A stretch of DNA of 64,000 nucleotides from Candidatus Poribacteria bacterium (lineage in GTDB: Bacteria > Poribacteria > WGA-4E > WGA-3G), in NCBI GenBank assembly GCA_965215265.1, contig OZ244048.1:2080001-2144000 (forward strand), read 5' to 3'. Under the pieces are notes generated by a model. It saw nothing but the letters and a program-made list of their open reading frames with translations, was not told where the DNA came from and ran no database searches. The translations under genes were made by a program, and so were the position numbers. Below, one piece after another: positions 53,630-63,876 of the stretch. Position 1 is the first letter of the stretch; each line of letters starts with the position of its first letter.

Positions 53630-54592
53630 ATGCCGTATCTCAAAATTCCCAAAAGATGGAACATACCCGAAAAACAGGTAACCCCCGAATCAGATTATAT
53701 CAACCGTCGAACATTTCTCAAAACACTCGGCATAACAAGCGCAGGCGCATTATCGTTGTTCGGCTCAAGCGCTTGTGCCCAAGGAAGTGGCGTTGAAAAA
53801 CAGTTAAAGCCATACCAAGCAGAGGTGCTCCCTGCTGAGAACAATCCGCAGTTTACGGTAAACCGCGCGATGACAGATGAACACGTCGCGGCGACTTACA
53901 ATAACTTCTATGAGTTTACTTCATCCAAATCCAGAGTCTGGAAAATGGTCGACCGGTTCCAAACCCGCCCGTGGGAAATTGAAGTATCCGGCCTCGTAGA
54001 CAAGCCGCAAACCTTCGACATCGACACACTTCTCAAACAGATGCCCCTGGAAGAGCGAATCTATCGGTTCCGATGCGTCGAAACCTGGGCGATGGTGGTA
54101 CCTTGGATCGGATTTCCCATGAGCGCACTGCTAGAGAAAGTGCAACCGACTTCCAAAGCCAAGTACGTCCGAATGGTCACGTTCTTCCGACCTGATGAGG
54201 CACCCGAACAGATGGATCCGCGTAGCCCGTGGCCCTACTATGAAGGATTGACGATCGAGGAAGCCATGAACAAACTCACCCTCATCGTTGTCGGTATCTA
54301 TGGGCACATACTGCCACCGCAGCACGGCGCACCGCTCCGGCTAATTGCACCCTGGAAATACGGTTTTAAAAGCATCAAATCAATCGTTAGCATTGAGTTG
54401 ACAGACCGGAAGCCGCGCACCTTTTGGAATACCATTTTTCCACGTGAATACGATTTTGAGGCAAACGTCAACCCCAACGTCCCCCATCCGCGCTGGTCAC
54501 AGGCACAGGAACGCATGATTGGCACAGGTGAAAGACATCCGACAGTCATTTACAACGGTTATGGGCCAGAAGTCGCACACCTTTACAAGTAG
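53630..54592 (+). CDS. msrP: Methionine sulfoxide reductase catalytic subunit MsrP (molybdoenzyme)
   Basis: Tat signal NRRTFL, YNNFYEF, RFRCVETW, PWKYGFKSIKSI, HPRWSQA. Confidence 0.93.
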   Translation: MPYLKIPKRWNIPEKQVTPESDYINRRTFLKTLGITSAGALSLFGSSACAQGSGVEKQLKPYQAEVLPAENNPQFTVNRAMTDEHVAATYNNFYEFTSSKSRVWKMVDRFQTRPWEIEVSGLVDKPQTFDIDTLLKQMPLEERIYRFRCVETWAMVVPWIGFPMSALLEKVQPTSKAKYVRMVTFFRPDEAPEQMDPRSPWPYYEGLTIEEAMNKLTLIVVGIYGHILPPQHGAPLRLIAPWKYGFKSIKSIVSIELTDRKPRTFWNTIFPREYDFEANVNPNVPHPRWSQAQERMIGTGERHPTVIYNGYGPEVAHLYK

Positions 54593-55508
54593 CCTCACCA
54601 TTCTATCGTTCGCATTTAGCCTCTTGTCGCTTGTGGGTTCCGCTGCAGATGCCGCCTGGGAATCGGAGAGCAGCACGCATTTCCGCGTCTACTACCGGGA
54701 TGGCACCCTACAACCAGAGCACATCCTTGAAATCGCTGAAACTTTCTATACGGAGATGCAACGTCTAACCGCGCGCATCCCCGATGGCAAAATCGATATT
54801 TGGGTTTGCGGCACCGAATCAGATTTTCAGACAGCTGTTCACGCACCCATTCAAGATTGGGCTGTTGGATGTGCTTTCCCGCTGTCCCGCCGCATCGTCA
54901 TCCAAAATCCAACGCACATCCGTTTCAAGCAACTTCAGCTAGTGCAAGTACTACGCCACGAAATCGCCCATGTCCTCTTCGGACAGTACACACAAAAAAA
55001 TGTTAAAGAGATACCGTTGTGGTTTATTGAAGGAATCGCTATCTATTTTGCCGAAGAATGGGTACCCAGCCGGCACGAAATCCTGCTCAAGCATATTTTC
55101 TCACGTTCCGTGCTCCCACTGAGCACCCTTGCACAGCAATTCCCGAATTCACACGACGGTGCCGCACTCGCGTACGCAGAAAGTCACGATGCAATACAAT
55201 GGCTCGTGGAAACCAAGGGGAGTGAAACGCTATGGCACCTCATTCACCAACTACACACCGGCGAAAACTTCAATACCAGTTTTCAAACTGTAGTCGGGTA
55301 CGACTTAACCACCTACGATACCTTATGGCAGGCATCGCTCCGCGAACGCTACCATTGGGCAGCTCTCTTTTCCAATGCCTACCTATTGTGGGGCGGAATC
55401 GGCGGACTCACTCTCCTCGGATACCTCATCTGTCGTAACCGGAGACGACACCACCTCAAAAAACTCGCAGAACAGGAGGAAACAGTCGATGCCTTCTTTA
55501 GAACCTAA
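54561..55508 (+). CDS. Peptidase MA-like metallohydrolase with C-terminal TM
   Basis: HEIAH...PLWFIEG. Start uncertain. Confidence 0.75.
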   Translation: MGQKSHTFTSSLTILSFAFSLLSLVGSAADAAWESESSTHFRVYYRDGTLQPEHILEIAETFYTEMQRLTARIPDGKIDIWVCGTESDFQTAVHAPIQDWAVGCAFPLSRRIVIQNPTHIRFKQLQLVQVLRHEIAHVLFGQYTQKNVKEIPLWFIEGIAIYFAEEWVPSRHEILLKHIFSRSVLPLSTLAQQFPNSHDGAALAYAESHDAIQWLVETKGSETLWHLIHQLHTGENFNTSFQTVVGYDLTTYDTLWQASLRERYHWAALFSNAYLLWGGIGGLTLLGYLICRNRRRHHLKKLAEQEETVDAFFRT

Positions 55509-56478
55509 ACTTCAACTCCTTACTACTACTATGTGCATCGTCTCTCTGATTGCCTCTGCAGCTGAAACCAAACAGCTCGCGCACTACCCCAATCAGCCTA
55601 CGCGCGACGGCCACATCCTCGTACTACCCCCACACGGCACACTCTACATTGTCTCCGATTTACACGCACACTGGAATGATTTCAACGAGTGGTTAAAACA
55701 GACTCAACTCATTGAACGCATTCACGCCGGGGAAGATGTTTATGGACTTATCCTCGGGGACGCAATTGACTATAAGCCTGATGAACCCAGGCACCCACCT
55801 CATGGTGATATACAGATTATTGACACCATCATCCAACTACACCAGCAGCTCGGCAACCGCGCCACGCACCTCATCTATCTCAGAGGCAATCATGAATTCG
55901 CAGCAGCCGACGCTTACGCTATGCTCAAAAAGCAAGGCATGACAGATGCAAACCGGCCCCATTTTATTCGCGCACTTTACAACAGTCCAGTCGGTGCCTA
56001 TTATCAGCAATTCAATTTCATAGAAAGAATGACAGATGAACACTATCTGTTCTTAATGAATCTCCCCACAGTCGTCATCGGCAAAAACGGATTCGTTGGA
56101 ATCCACGCCGGGCCAGCCCGAGCGCCGATCGGCTTGGCTGACCTGGTCAATCCAGCGCCAAAAACGCTCGAAGAACTACTCTGGCACCGTCCAGAGGCCG
56201 CGCTCAGCGGCGGTTATACCATCGCCGAAACGCAGAATTTCCTCACTGCTATTGACGCTAATTTGCTTGTTGTTGGACATACCCCTATCAGTTATTTCCC
56301 TAAGGAAAATGTCAGGGACGGCATTGCCACGTTTGGGGATAACCAACTCATCTTTTCCACAGGCTACAGCGGAGCACCAGGCGTGCCCGCCTATATCGAA
56401 ATAGATCTCGGAAAAACATACGCCTCTGTCGACGCACTAAAATTAGGCGTTAATATCCATCATCTCTATCCTGACTAG
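55489..56478 (+). CDS. Calcineurin-like metallophosphoesterase
   Basis: SDLH, GDAID, RGNHE, HAG, VGHTP. AGGAGG SD before ATG 55489. Confidence 0.85.
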   Translation: MPSLEPKLQLLTTTMCIVSLIASAAETKQLAHYPNQPTRDGHILVLPPHGTLYIVSDLHAHWNDFNEWLKQTQLIERIHAGEDVYGLILGDAIDYKPDEPRHPPHGDIQIIDTIIQLHQQLGNRATHLIYLRGNHEFAAADAYAMLKKQGMTDANRPHFIRALYNSPVGAYYQQFNFIERMTDEHYLFLMNLPTVVIGKNGFVGIHAGPARAPIGLADLVNPAPKTLEELLWHRPEAALSGGYTIAETQNFLTAIDANLLVVGHTPISYFPKENVRDGIATFGDNQLIFSTGYSGAPGVPAYIEIDLGKTYASVDALKLGVNIHHLYPD

Positions 56479-56504
56479 CCCGACGTTATATCAGAGCACA
56501 CCCC

Positions 56505-57365
56505 ATGCGCCCACTTATTTACATCATGACCCCGGTACTCATGCTCGCTATTTTGTTCGCATCCCGGTTTGTAACCTGGGATTCAGTGAAAGGGGAAAAC
56601 CCGCACGCACGACAATATCTGAATGAAGGCACACGGTTCCTGAGGGCATGGAAGATGTCAGAGGCAATTGCAGCCTTCACCCGCGCCATTAATATCGACG
56701 CACGATATGCTGAAGCTTATGTGAAACGTGGACTCGCCTATTATCGCTCCGGTCAGTACGAAGCTGCCATCGCGGATTATAACAGGACGCTAACTCTCAA
56801 AAGGTATCATGCCGATGCCTATGCTAGCCGCGCCCACGCATATCGCGCACTGGGAAACCGACAGCGCGCTATCGTTGACTACACCGCATCCCTAAAAAAA
56901 AGATGGAACGCTCAGGTACTGCTGCAGCAAGCTGAAACTTACCGCGAACTCGGCAACCTTCACAACGCACTCACCGCTTATAATGACGTGATTGAGCGGC
57001 ACCCGAGCGCTACGGCTTACTACCTTCGCAGCAAAGCTTACACTCATAACCGGCAAGTAGAGAAAACACTCAAACTCGCTTTAGTTGACCTGGAGAAGGC
57101 GCTCTCTCTTGAACCACGTTTTGCCCACGCATACATCCGCCGCGCATACATTTATCAAAAATTAGGCGACAAGCCATTCGCAACCTCTGATTATTCAAAG
57201 GCGATCGAAACGCTCACCCAGCAGATTCAGGCCCGGCAAGGCACACCCGGTCCCCTTATCTGGCGCGCCTTTGCTTATCAAAAATTAGGAGAAATCGACA
57301 ACGCACGCACTGATGTCCGTGCAGCGAATAAAAAGATTTTTCGTTTTTTCCTTGAAAAATATTGA
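56505..57365 (+). CDS. Tetratricopeptide repeat protein
   Basis: Repeated AY..RG.AY...G....AI.DY. Confidence 0.88.
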   Translation: MRPLIYIMTPVLMLAILFASRFVTWDSVKGENPHARQYLNEGTRFLRAWKMSEAIAAFTRAINIDARYAEAYVKRGLAYYRSGQYEAAIADYNRTLTLKRYHADAYASRAHAYRALGNRQRAIVDYTASLKKRWNAQVLLQQAETYRELGNLHNALTAYNDVIERHPSATAYYLRSKAYTHNRQVEKTLKLALVDLEKALSLEPRFAHAYIRRAYIYQKLGDKPFATSDYSKAIETLTQQIQARQGTPGPLIWRAFAYQKLGEIDNARTDVRAANKKIFRFFLEKY

Positions 57366-57380
57366 AATCTATGATATACT
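57352..57380 (+). promoter_or_regulatory. Sigma70-type promoter of the BMC locus
   Basis: TTGAAA-17 bp-TATACT with TGn. Confidence 0.6.
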
Positions 57381-57479
57381 TTATCTTAGCTAGTTAACGC
57401 GAATACAATCGCTAATATATCTGTCCTTGACAGCTTACATTTATCACCATTGATTCCATAGGAGGTTATTAGAATTAAT

Positions 57480-57755
57480 ATGACCGGAGATGCATTAGGT
57501 TTAGTTGAAACCCGAGGCTTAGTGGGAAGCATAGAAGCCGCTGATGCTATGGTAAAAGCCGCGAACGTGCGGCTCATCGGCTATGAGCAAGTCGGAGGCG
57601 GCTACGTAACCGTTATCGTCCGTGGCGATGTCGGCGCAGTAAAAGCCGCTACAGATATTGGGGCTGAAGCTGCAGCACGCGTCGGAGAAGTTGTATCTGT
57701 TCATGTCATCCCACGCCCGCACGCAGAAGTTGAAAACATATTACCCAACGACTAA
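57480..57755 (+). CDS. Bacterial microcompartment hexameric shell protein (EutM/PduA-like)
   Basis: [34 protein letters not shown]. Confidence 0.95.
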   Translation: MTGDALGLVETRGLVGSIEAADAMVKAANVRLIGYEQVGGGYVTVIVRGDVGAVKAATDIGAEAAARVGEVVSVHVIPRPHAEVENILPND

Positions 57756-57790
57756 GCTCACTTAACGACTCTGAAAAAGGCAAATCAGAT

Positions 57791-58501
57791 ATGATAGACC
57801 GCTCCCTTATTGAACTGATTACGCGCAGGGTTGTTGACAGCGTTAACACCGCACAATCATGCAGCGGATGTGCCTTGCGCTCTTGCAACGCTGGACAACG
57901 TGCTTGTGATGCAGCCAGCCAGCACAATAAAATACCCATCGGAATCTCCGCACGACATGCCCACGTAACGCAAGAACACCTGGAAATCCTTTACGGCGAC
58001 GGACATCAACTCACTGTCTATGCACCGCTCTATCAGCCCGGCGCATTTGCAGCCAAAGAGACGCTCACTGTCGTCGGAAAAAGGATGCGGGCAATCGAGA
58101 ACGTCCGAATCCTCGGACCTGTCCGAGACTATTCACAAGTCGAAATCGCGAAAACAGAAGCAATCCGGCTCGGACTAACGCCACCCATTCGAGACTCAGG
58201 AGACCTCGCCGGGGCAGAACCTATCACACTTGTCGGACCCGCAGGAACTGTCTATTTAGAAGAAGGTGCCATCTGTGCAACACGGCATATACACATGACA
58301 CCAGCACAAGCAGAAGATCTCAGACTCGACGAAGACAGCCGACTAAAAATCCATTTCCCCGGTGAACGCGCACTCACACTTGAAAATGTCCGACCCAAAA
58401 TCTCTGAAACTTACGTCCTGCAAATGCACCTTGACACCGACGATGCTAACGCTGCCGGATTAAAAGGCGGGGAGGCCGTTGAAATCGAAACGTCGACATG
58501 A
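57791..58501 (+). CDS. pduL: Phosphate propanoyltransferase PduL
   Basis: ISARHAH, VRILGP.R..QVE, RHIHM, MHLDTDDANAA. Confidence 0.92.
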   Translation: MIDRSLIELITRRVVDSVNTAQSCSGCALRSCNAGQRACDAASQHNKIPIGISARHAHVTQEHLEILYGDGHQLTVYAPLYQPGAFAAKETLTVVGKRMRAIENVRILGPVRDYSQVEIAKTEAIRLGLTPPIRDSGDLAGAEPITLVGPAGTVYLEEGAICATRHIHMTPAQAEDLRLDEDSRLKIHFPGERALTLENVRPKISETYVLQMHLDTDDANAAGLKGGEAVEIETST

Positions 58502-59235
58502 ACAAGGAACTCATCGAGCACATTACAAAAATTACCCAAAAGGTATTAAGCGAACGCCTGACACAAGCCGAAACCCAAAAACAGGTGCTGGTTATCTTTG
58601 ATACTACACAAATTGAATTGGATATCCCACTACAGCAGCTTGAGCAGTGTAAACAAGCCGGCTATAAAATTAGAATAATTCTATCACAACTCGCAACTAT
58701 AACGATGCCCAGGCAGCGCTTCCTTCGCACTTTTACCGAACATGATATCTTACATGAACACCAAATAACGAATATACCAGATATGGTAGAGGCATACCAA
58801 CACTTTGTACTGCCCGCTTTCTCTTATCCGATGGCAGCAAAATTGGCGTTGAAAATCGTGGATACACCTTGCACATACTTAGTTTTTGAAGCACTCCGTA
58901 GAGGGAAACAGGTACTCGTCACCTCTGACGCACTCAATCAGGAACGTTCACACGCGGCATCTTTTCTACATAAACTTGAGGAGGAATATGTAAACATTTT
59001 ATCCGAATTGGGAGTTCAATGGATACAAGCAAGGCATATTGCCGAAACCCTCGCTAAGCCGAACAATCCGAGGCAAGCAACTGTAGACGCGGACGTTATT
59101 AGTGCATCTGTTATTGCCAGCCTCACCCACAATATCCAAGAGCTCCTCTACACAAATTCTGCAATTATTACACCCCTCGCACGGGAGATAGCAAAAAAGA
59201 GAGGCATTAAACTCATACCCAAACGGACAAACTGA
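58498..59235 (+). CDS. BMC-associated flavoprotein-like protein
   Basis: AAKLAL.I.DT, ALRRGK.V, C-terminal IITPLARE. ATGA overlap with pduL. Confidence 0.65.
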   Translation: MNKELIEHITKITQKVLSERLTQAETQKQVLVIFDTTQIELDIPLQQLEQCKQAGYKIRIILSQLATITMPRQRFLRTFTEHDILHEHQITNIPDMVEAYQHFVLPAFSYPMAAKLALKIVDTPCTYLVFEALRRGKQVLVTSDALNQERSHAASFLHKLEEEYVNILSELGVQWIQARHIAETLAKPNNPRQATVDADVISASVIASLTHNIQELLYTNSAIITPLAREIAKKRGIKLIPKRTN

Positions 59236-59284
59236 TAGGTTTACGAAATCCTGCACAAGTGTCGTACTAAAAATATTTAATTTC

Positions 59285-59313
59285 TTGATATTATCATAAA
59301 AAAAATGTATAAT
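59285..59313 (+). promoter_or_regulatory. Sigma70-type promoter
   Basis: TTGATA-17 bp-TATAAT. Confidence 0.65.
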
Positions 59314-59393
59314 TACTATATAATTACTGGAACACTCTTAATGACAGGGTGGAAGCCCTCCACCAAAACGGGTTAACTTAGGAGGATATTATC

Positions 59394-60950
59394 ATGATCA
59401 TCAGGGTTTTGAGTTTCACAATAGCTACCCTGCTTAGCTGCATCTTAACTGCAGGCATTTTGCCAGATGCTCATGCGGATTACGACTATTACGCGAACCG
59501 ACTGAGCCGCGAACATCGCGTTGCAAATGAGGTTGATGAATGGATAGAACGCGGCAGCGCCACAATTACCGCAAGCCCACGTTTTGAAGACGGCGTTCGG
59601 CTCACCGCATGGGAAAATAGTACACACACGCAAAAAGATTACGACTTTGCAATTGCCAGCGCAGTCTATCTTTTTGAAATTCCCAGAGGAACCCAGTACA
59701 TTGAAGTATTGATTCGCTACCGCGGCGAACCACACCAACTACAAATTGCAGATCATGATGAACCGATTGCCGGCCGCGTCTGGATTCGCAATACCAAACG
59801 GGAATTAACAAGCCGCGGCTATTACGACGAAAACGCCAAGGAGACTCGCTACGGCGACACCTTTGTACTTCGTGCAAATAAACGATCCGAACTCATCAAA
59901 ATCCCAGCAACAGGACACGTTAAAGATGGTTGGATGGAACTCCATATCGTCGCCGAAGGCGGCGAACAAATTGATGTGGAATATATCGAGGTGTCAACTT
60001 ACCATCGGCAGCCCAAAATTCGTGTGATTCAACGCTACACCCCAACCTACCGCTGGCGCCCGTGGCATCGATACACCTATCTCTACTTTTATGATGGGCC
60101 AATCTATTACGCAACTGACTACGATTACTACCTCCGGTGGAGTTACCCCATCTACGACCATCACTATCTGGCCATCAGGTCGTACTATGGCGGATATCTC
60201 GGCCGCTACCGCGGCTACTATCCGAGTGCCTATTACCGGTGTTATTCACCTTATTATCGCACCCACCGCGCAACACCTAAGGTACACCAGCGTAGAACGC
60301 AGCTCAATCGCTGGAGCAAGCAGCATGAAACTACCCGACGGCAATATAGCCGGAGCCGATTGGCCGTTAATAGTCGCGCCGAACGGACAACCGTTCGGAC
60401 TAATGTACGTACCGTACTTGAAAACCACCGGCGGCACGCACCCGCTAGAACCACGCGCACCACACGTGCAGCTATTATTGCACAGAAACAGCGAACTGCC
60501 GCAGCCACTACCGCCGTACAGCGCAGCCAAGCACGGCAGAGAAGCAACAACGTAAATACGTTGAACAAGCAGCGGCGATATTCTACAACTTCAACCTTTA
60601 ATGCCAACCGCTACAGAAACTCAACAAGGGCACAAAGCACACAGCCGCTTTACAGAAGTTCAACCTCTTCGTCACGTCGTTCAACAGCTTCTAACACGCG
60701 CAGCTACTCAAACAGCAAACAGCGAAATTCAACGCTGCGTTCATCAACACGCTCACGCTCGAGCATCACGCCGTCAACGTCGCGTACATCACGCACCGAG
60801 ACGAGAGCAACACGCTCGACATCCTCAACGTCACGGACGCGCCCAAAAACATCAACTTCATCACGTTCTACCACACGCCAGAGCGATGACGACGATGATA
60901 AAAATCGGAGCCGGAGCCGGACAACGCAACGAACGAAGCGGAGACGCTAA
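59394..60950 (+). CDS. Secreted hypothetical protein with Tyr-rich middle and Arg/Ser/Thr low-complexity tail
   Basis: Signal peptide ending AHA, AGGAGG SD, composition. Confidence 0.75.
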   Translation: MIIRVLSFTIATLLSCILTAGILPDAHADYDYYANRLSREHRVANEVDEWIERGSATITASPRFEDGVRLTAWENSTHTQKDYDFAIASAVYLFEIPRGTQYIEVLIRYRGEPHQLQIADHDEPIAGRVWIRNTKRELTSRGYYDENAKETRYGDTFVLRANKRSELIKIPATGHVKDGWMELHIVAEGGEQIDVEYIEVSTYHRQPKIRVIQRYTPTYRWRPWHRYTYLYFYDGPIYYATDYDYYLRWSYPIYDHHYLAIRSYYGGYLGRYRGYYPSAYYRCYSPYYRTHRATPKVHQRRTQLNRWSKQHETTRRQYSRSRLAVNSRAERTTVRTNVRTVLENHRRHAPARTTRTTRAAIIAQKQRTAAATTAVQRSQARQRSNNVNTLNKQRRYSTTSTFNANRYRNSTRAQSTQPLYRSSTSSSRRSTASNTRSYSNSKQRNSTLRSSTRSRSSITPSTSRTSRTETRATRSTSSTSRTRPKTSTSSRSTTRQSDDDDDKNRSRSRTTQRTKRRR

Positions 60951-60963
60951 CTAATTTCTTTAC

Positions 60964-61017
60964 AGTTAGGCTTTGCACAGTGCCACAGTGCCTCGCTTGT
61001 GTAAAGCCTAACTTTCT
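60964..61017 (+). terminator. 16-bp stem-loop (terminator or REP-like)
   Basis: AGTTAGGCTTTGCACA / TGTGTAAAGCCTAACT with one G-U pair. Confidence 0.6.
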
Positions 61018-61032
61018 ATATCTCTAATCACT

Positions 61033-61590
61033 ATGACAACACGGTTTTGGCCCATCATTTTATTTATACTGATAACTGTTCCGTACACGCACGCTGAAGA
61101 AGCAACAAACCCGCAAACTGCTCCAGATAAAGAACACGAGAAATTCGTCTCACCTATCGGAGCAATGGTTCGCTCAGGAGTGTTTCCAGGCTGGGGCCAG
61201 TTTTATAGCCGAAGCTACATCCGGGGCGGCCTCATTACCGCCGGTATCGCCGGTTCTGTGGTTGGCGCACTCTTAGCAGAAAAATCTTTTCGCAATCGCT
61301 ACAACGATTACGCCACACTTGCTAGCTTAGAACTTGATAATGAAGAAGAGATTTTCCAGAGCTACAATCACGCAAATCAAAGATACAAACTGAGAATGTT
61401 CTTTCTCTATGCAGGTGTCGGTATTTGGGTTTATAGTATTATTGATTCCTACGTCAGTGCAAATTTTTTCAACGCGAAAACCCAAATCCAATCCATTCAA
61501 CGAGATGCACTACAAATCGAAAATAAATTGGGGATAAAACTCGATGCCACCCCTACACACCTCTATTTAGGCATCGTTAAAACCTTTTGA
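61033..61590 (+). CDS. DUF5683-like membrane protein
   Basis: SP..A..RS..FPGWGQFY, IWVYSIIDSYV.A. Confidence 0.7.
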   Translation: MTTRFWPIILFILITVPYTHAEEATNPQTAPDKEHEKFVSPIGAMVRSGVFPGWGQFYSRSYIRGGLITAGIAGSVVGALLAEKSFRNRYNDYATLASLELDNEEEIFQSYNHANQRYKLRMFFLYAGVGIWVYSIIDSYVSANFFNAKTQIQSIQRDALQIENKLGIKLDATPTHLYLGIVKTF

Positions 61591-61606
61591 GATGGAGGAT
61601 ATGGCC

Positions 61607-62167
61607 ATGTTCTCGAATTTTACAAAAATTAGTAGTCTCTTAATTTTAACTATCTGTTTTATAGGATGCGGAGACGCTGATAAGGTTAATCAAGTACCGC
61701 CTGAAGAACTCCTTGAGATTAATCGCGTTTTGGAACGGTGGCGGGAAGGCTATCAATTAGAAGATGTTGATACCTACATGAGCGCATTCTGGGAAGAAGG
61801 ATTCCTTTACGTATCTGATATGGGAACAGACGGCGATAAAACGGATGACGTAGAATTTGACGATATTCGCCAAGAGCGCGATGCCGCAATTCGAGTCTTC
61901 TCACGGTTCCAAGACATCGAAATTGAACTCTCCCTGCCACCCGAGATAATTATTAACAGAGAAGGCAATCAAGCCGAAGTCCGGAATCACTATCGCATCC
62001 AACTGTTTATCGCCGATGGCGAAACCCTTGAAGGCGGATACTCCGGCGTCTACGCAGAGGGCGACAATCTCTTTCTCTTTGAGAAAAGAAAAGACGAATG
62101 GCGGATAGTTGAATGGCATGACGAAGCCTTTGATGACGAAGAAATTCGCATCGCCAATAATCTATAG
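61607..62167 (+). CDS. Lipoprotein, NTF2/SnoaL-like fold
   Basis: Lipobox FIGC, INRVLERW, FEK...EWRIVEW. Confidence 0.65.
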   Translation: MFSNFTKISSLLILTICFIGCGDADKVNQVPPEELLEINRVLERWREGYQLEDVDTYMSAFWEEGFLYVSDMGTDGDKTDDVEFDDIRQERDAAIRVFSRFQDIEIELSLPPEIIINREGNQAEVRNHYRIQLFIADGETLEGGYSGVYAEGDNLFLFEKRKDEWRIVEWHDEAFDDEEIRIANNL

Positions 62168-62218
62168 CAGCACTTACACACAAGATTATTTTCCCTCGCA
62201 TGCTTTGTTGAACTTCAA

Positions 62219-62267
62219 TATGGAAACATGAGTGGTCCGGAGCACTCCGCACCACTCTGTTTCTATA
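62219..62267. repeat. Long intergenic palindrome
   Basis: TATGGAAACA-T-GAGTGGT-C-CGGAG-CA-CTCCG-C-ACCACTC-TGTTTCTATA. Confidence 0.65.
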
Positions 62268-62321
62268 GATGACTCAGGTGAATCTGAACTTCAAACCCCA
62301 AAGCAGCGCTTTTTTATACTC

Positions 62322-63743
62322 ATGGCACAACAGGAAGAGTCCTTAAACGACTATCTACAACTCATCCGAAAACATGACTTTACCATCTGCCTGAGCCTTC
62401 TCCTAGTCTTAGGAACAGCCCTCGTTATTTCCCTTCGATTGCCTAAAACCTATGCAGCTTCAACACTCATGCTACTCGTACAACCCGCTACCACCCCGGC
62501 AATCTCATCAACAAACTTATTCCAAACGGTTTTATCGGGCAGCGGAGACTCGCGCGAATTGGAGACGATCACCACACGATTTACAACCGAGTCTATGCTG
62601 GCAGCAGCAATCGAAAATCTTGAAGAAAACGGGAACCGTCAAGCTGCATCCATACTTCCACCCATTGGCGCACTCAAACGCAAAGTAAAAGCACAAATAT
62701 ATCCAGATTCCTACTATATTGAATTAGCCTTGGAACTAACCGAAGCAGAAGGCGGAGCACGCAACGCCGCACTCCTCGTTAATCAACTAGCAGAAGATAT
62801 GCAGACGCTGAGAACTGAAGATGAAAAAACGAAACTTGTAAAACGAAAACAGTTCCTTGACCAAAAACAGAAAGAAATTACTTCCGAACTTGAGAAACAC
62901 TTAGAAGCCGTTCTCCAATTTGTCAGAGAAAACGGGAGCCCTGAAATATGGATACCTAAACTCACCAATTTGCTTGAACGACACGCGAATTTGCACGCAC
63001 AACTTGAGACAACCCAGCAGAACCTCCACCAAACCCAGGCACACATAGTATATTTACAAGAACGCATCCACTTGCTCCCTGAGGAGATACCACTTTCTCA
63101 GACTACCTCCTACAACCCTATTTGGCTTTTTCAACAAGAAAAGTTATTCACATTAGAAACACAACGCAGCGCTGATGAAAAAAAAGTTGGCAAGGATTCA
63201 TCCGAATTGAAAGGGCTCGATGCCCAAATTCAAGACATCACCGAAAGAAACCACAACACACCACAAAATGCTACCACCACGACATCCGGGATTTCTCCAT
63301 ATTATACCTATATCCAAAATCGCCTAACCGAATTAATTCCGATGCGCGCCCGCTATGAAAATGCTCAAGAACGGATTAAACATGAACTTCGCCGCCTAGA
63401 TACGCAATTGGAGCAGCTACTAAAACAAATCCCTGAAAACCATTCCGTTCTTACCCAATTAAAGGCACGAATTGATAAAATTAATGAATTGAATGAAGAA
63501 ATCGCAAAACGCGCACTCGACGCAGAAATTTTGAGTGCCGAATCAACAGTGACCTCTTCTCAAAATCGGCGCGGCGGCATCGAAATCATCGACCGGGCCG
63601 TACCCAGAAAAATACCTATTGCCCCACAACTCAAATTGATCGTTATCATTGCCGGCGCAGTGGGCTTAGCCTTAGGAACCGCCATTTCACTATTCATTGA
63701 TTTTACCAGTTCTTCTGATAATCTAAGTAAACGGAACAGATAA
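62322..63743 (+). CDS. Wzz/GumC-type polysaccharide chain-length determinant
   Basis: L.DYLQLIRKH, TM1, PKTYAAST, coiled coil, IIDRAVP..PIAP, TM2. Confidence 0.82.
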   Translation: MAQQEESLNDYLQLIRKHDFTICLSLLLVLGTALVISLRLPKTYAASTLMLLVQPATTPAISSTNLFQTVLSGSGDSRELETITTRFTTESMLAAAIENLEENGNRQAASILPPIGALKRKVKAQIYPDSYYIELALELTEAEGGARNAALLVNQLAEDMQTLRTEDEKTKLVKRKQFLDQKQKEITSELEKHLEAVLQFVRENGSPEIWIPKLTNLLERHANLHAQLETTQQNLHQTQAHIVYLQERIHLLPEEIPLSQTTSYNPIWLFQQEKLFTLETQRSADEKKVGKDSSELKGLDAQIQDITERNHNTPQNATTTTSGISPYYTYIQNRLTELIPMRARYENAQERIKHELRRLDTQLEQLLKQIPENHSVLTQLKARIDKINELNEEIAKRALDAEILSAESTVTSSQNRRGGIEIIDRAVPRKIPIAPQLKLIVIIAGAVGLALGTAISLFIDFTSSSDNLSKRNR

Positions 63744-63876
63744 ACTACTTACTTGCATCGAGATAAATAAAAAAATTTACAATTTATCTCAAAATATGGT
63801 ATAATATATAGAAATAAAAGAGTATTAACTTACAGATCGGTTTGTGCAAGTCTTCGCTTCACAGAAAGGCGAGCGC

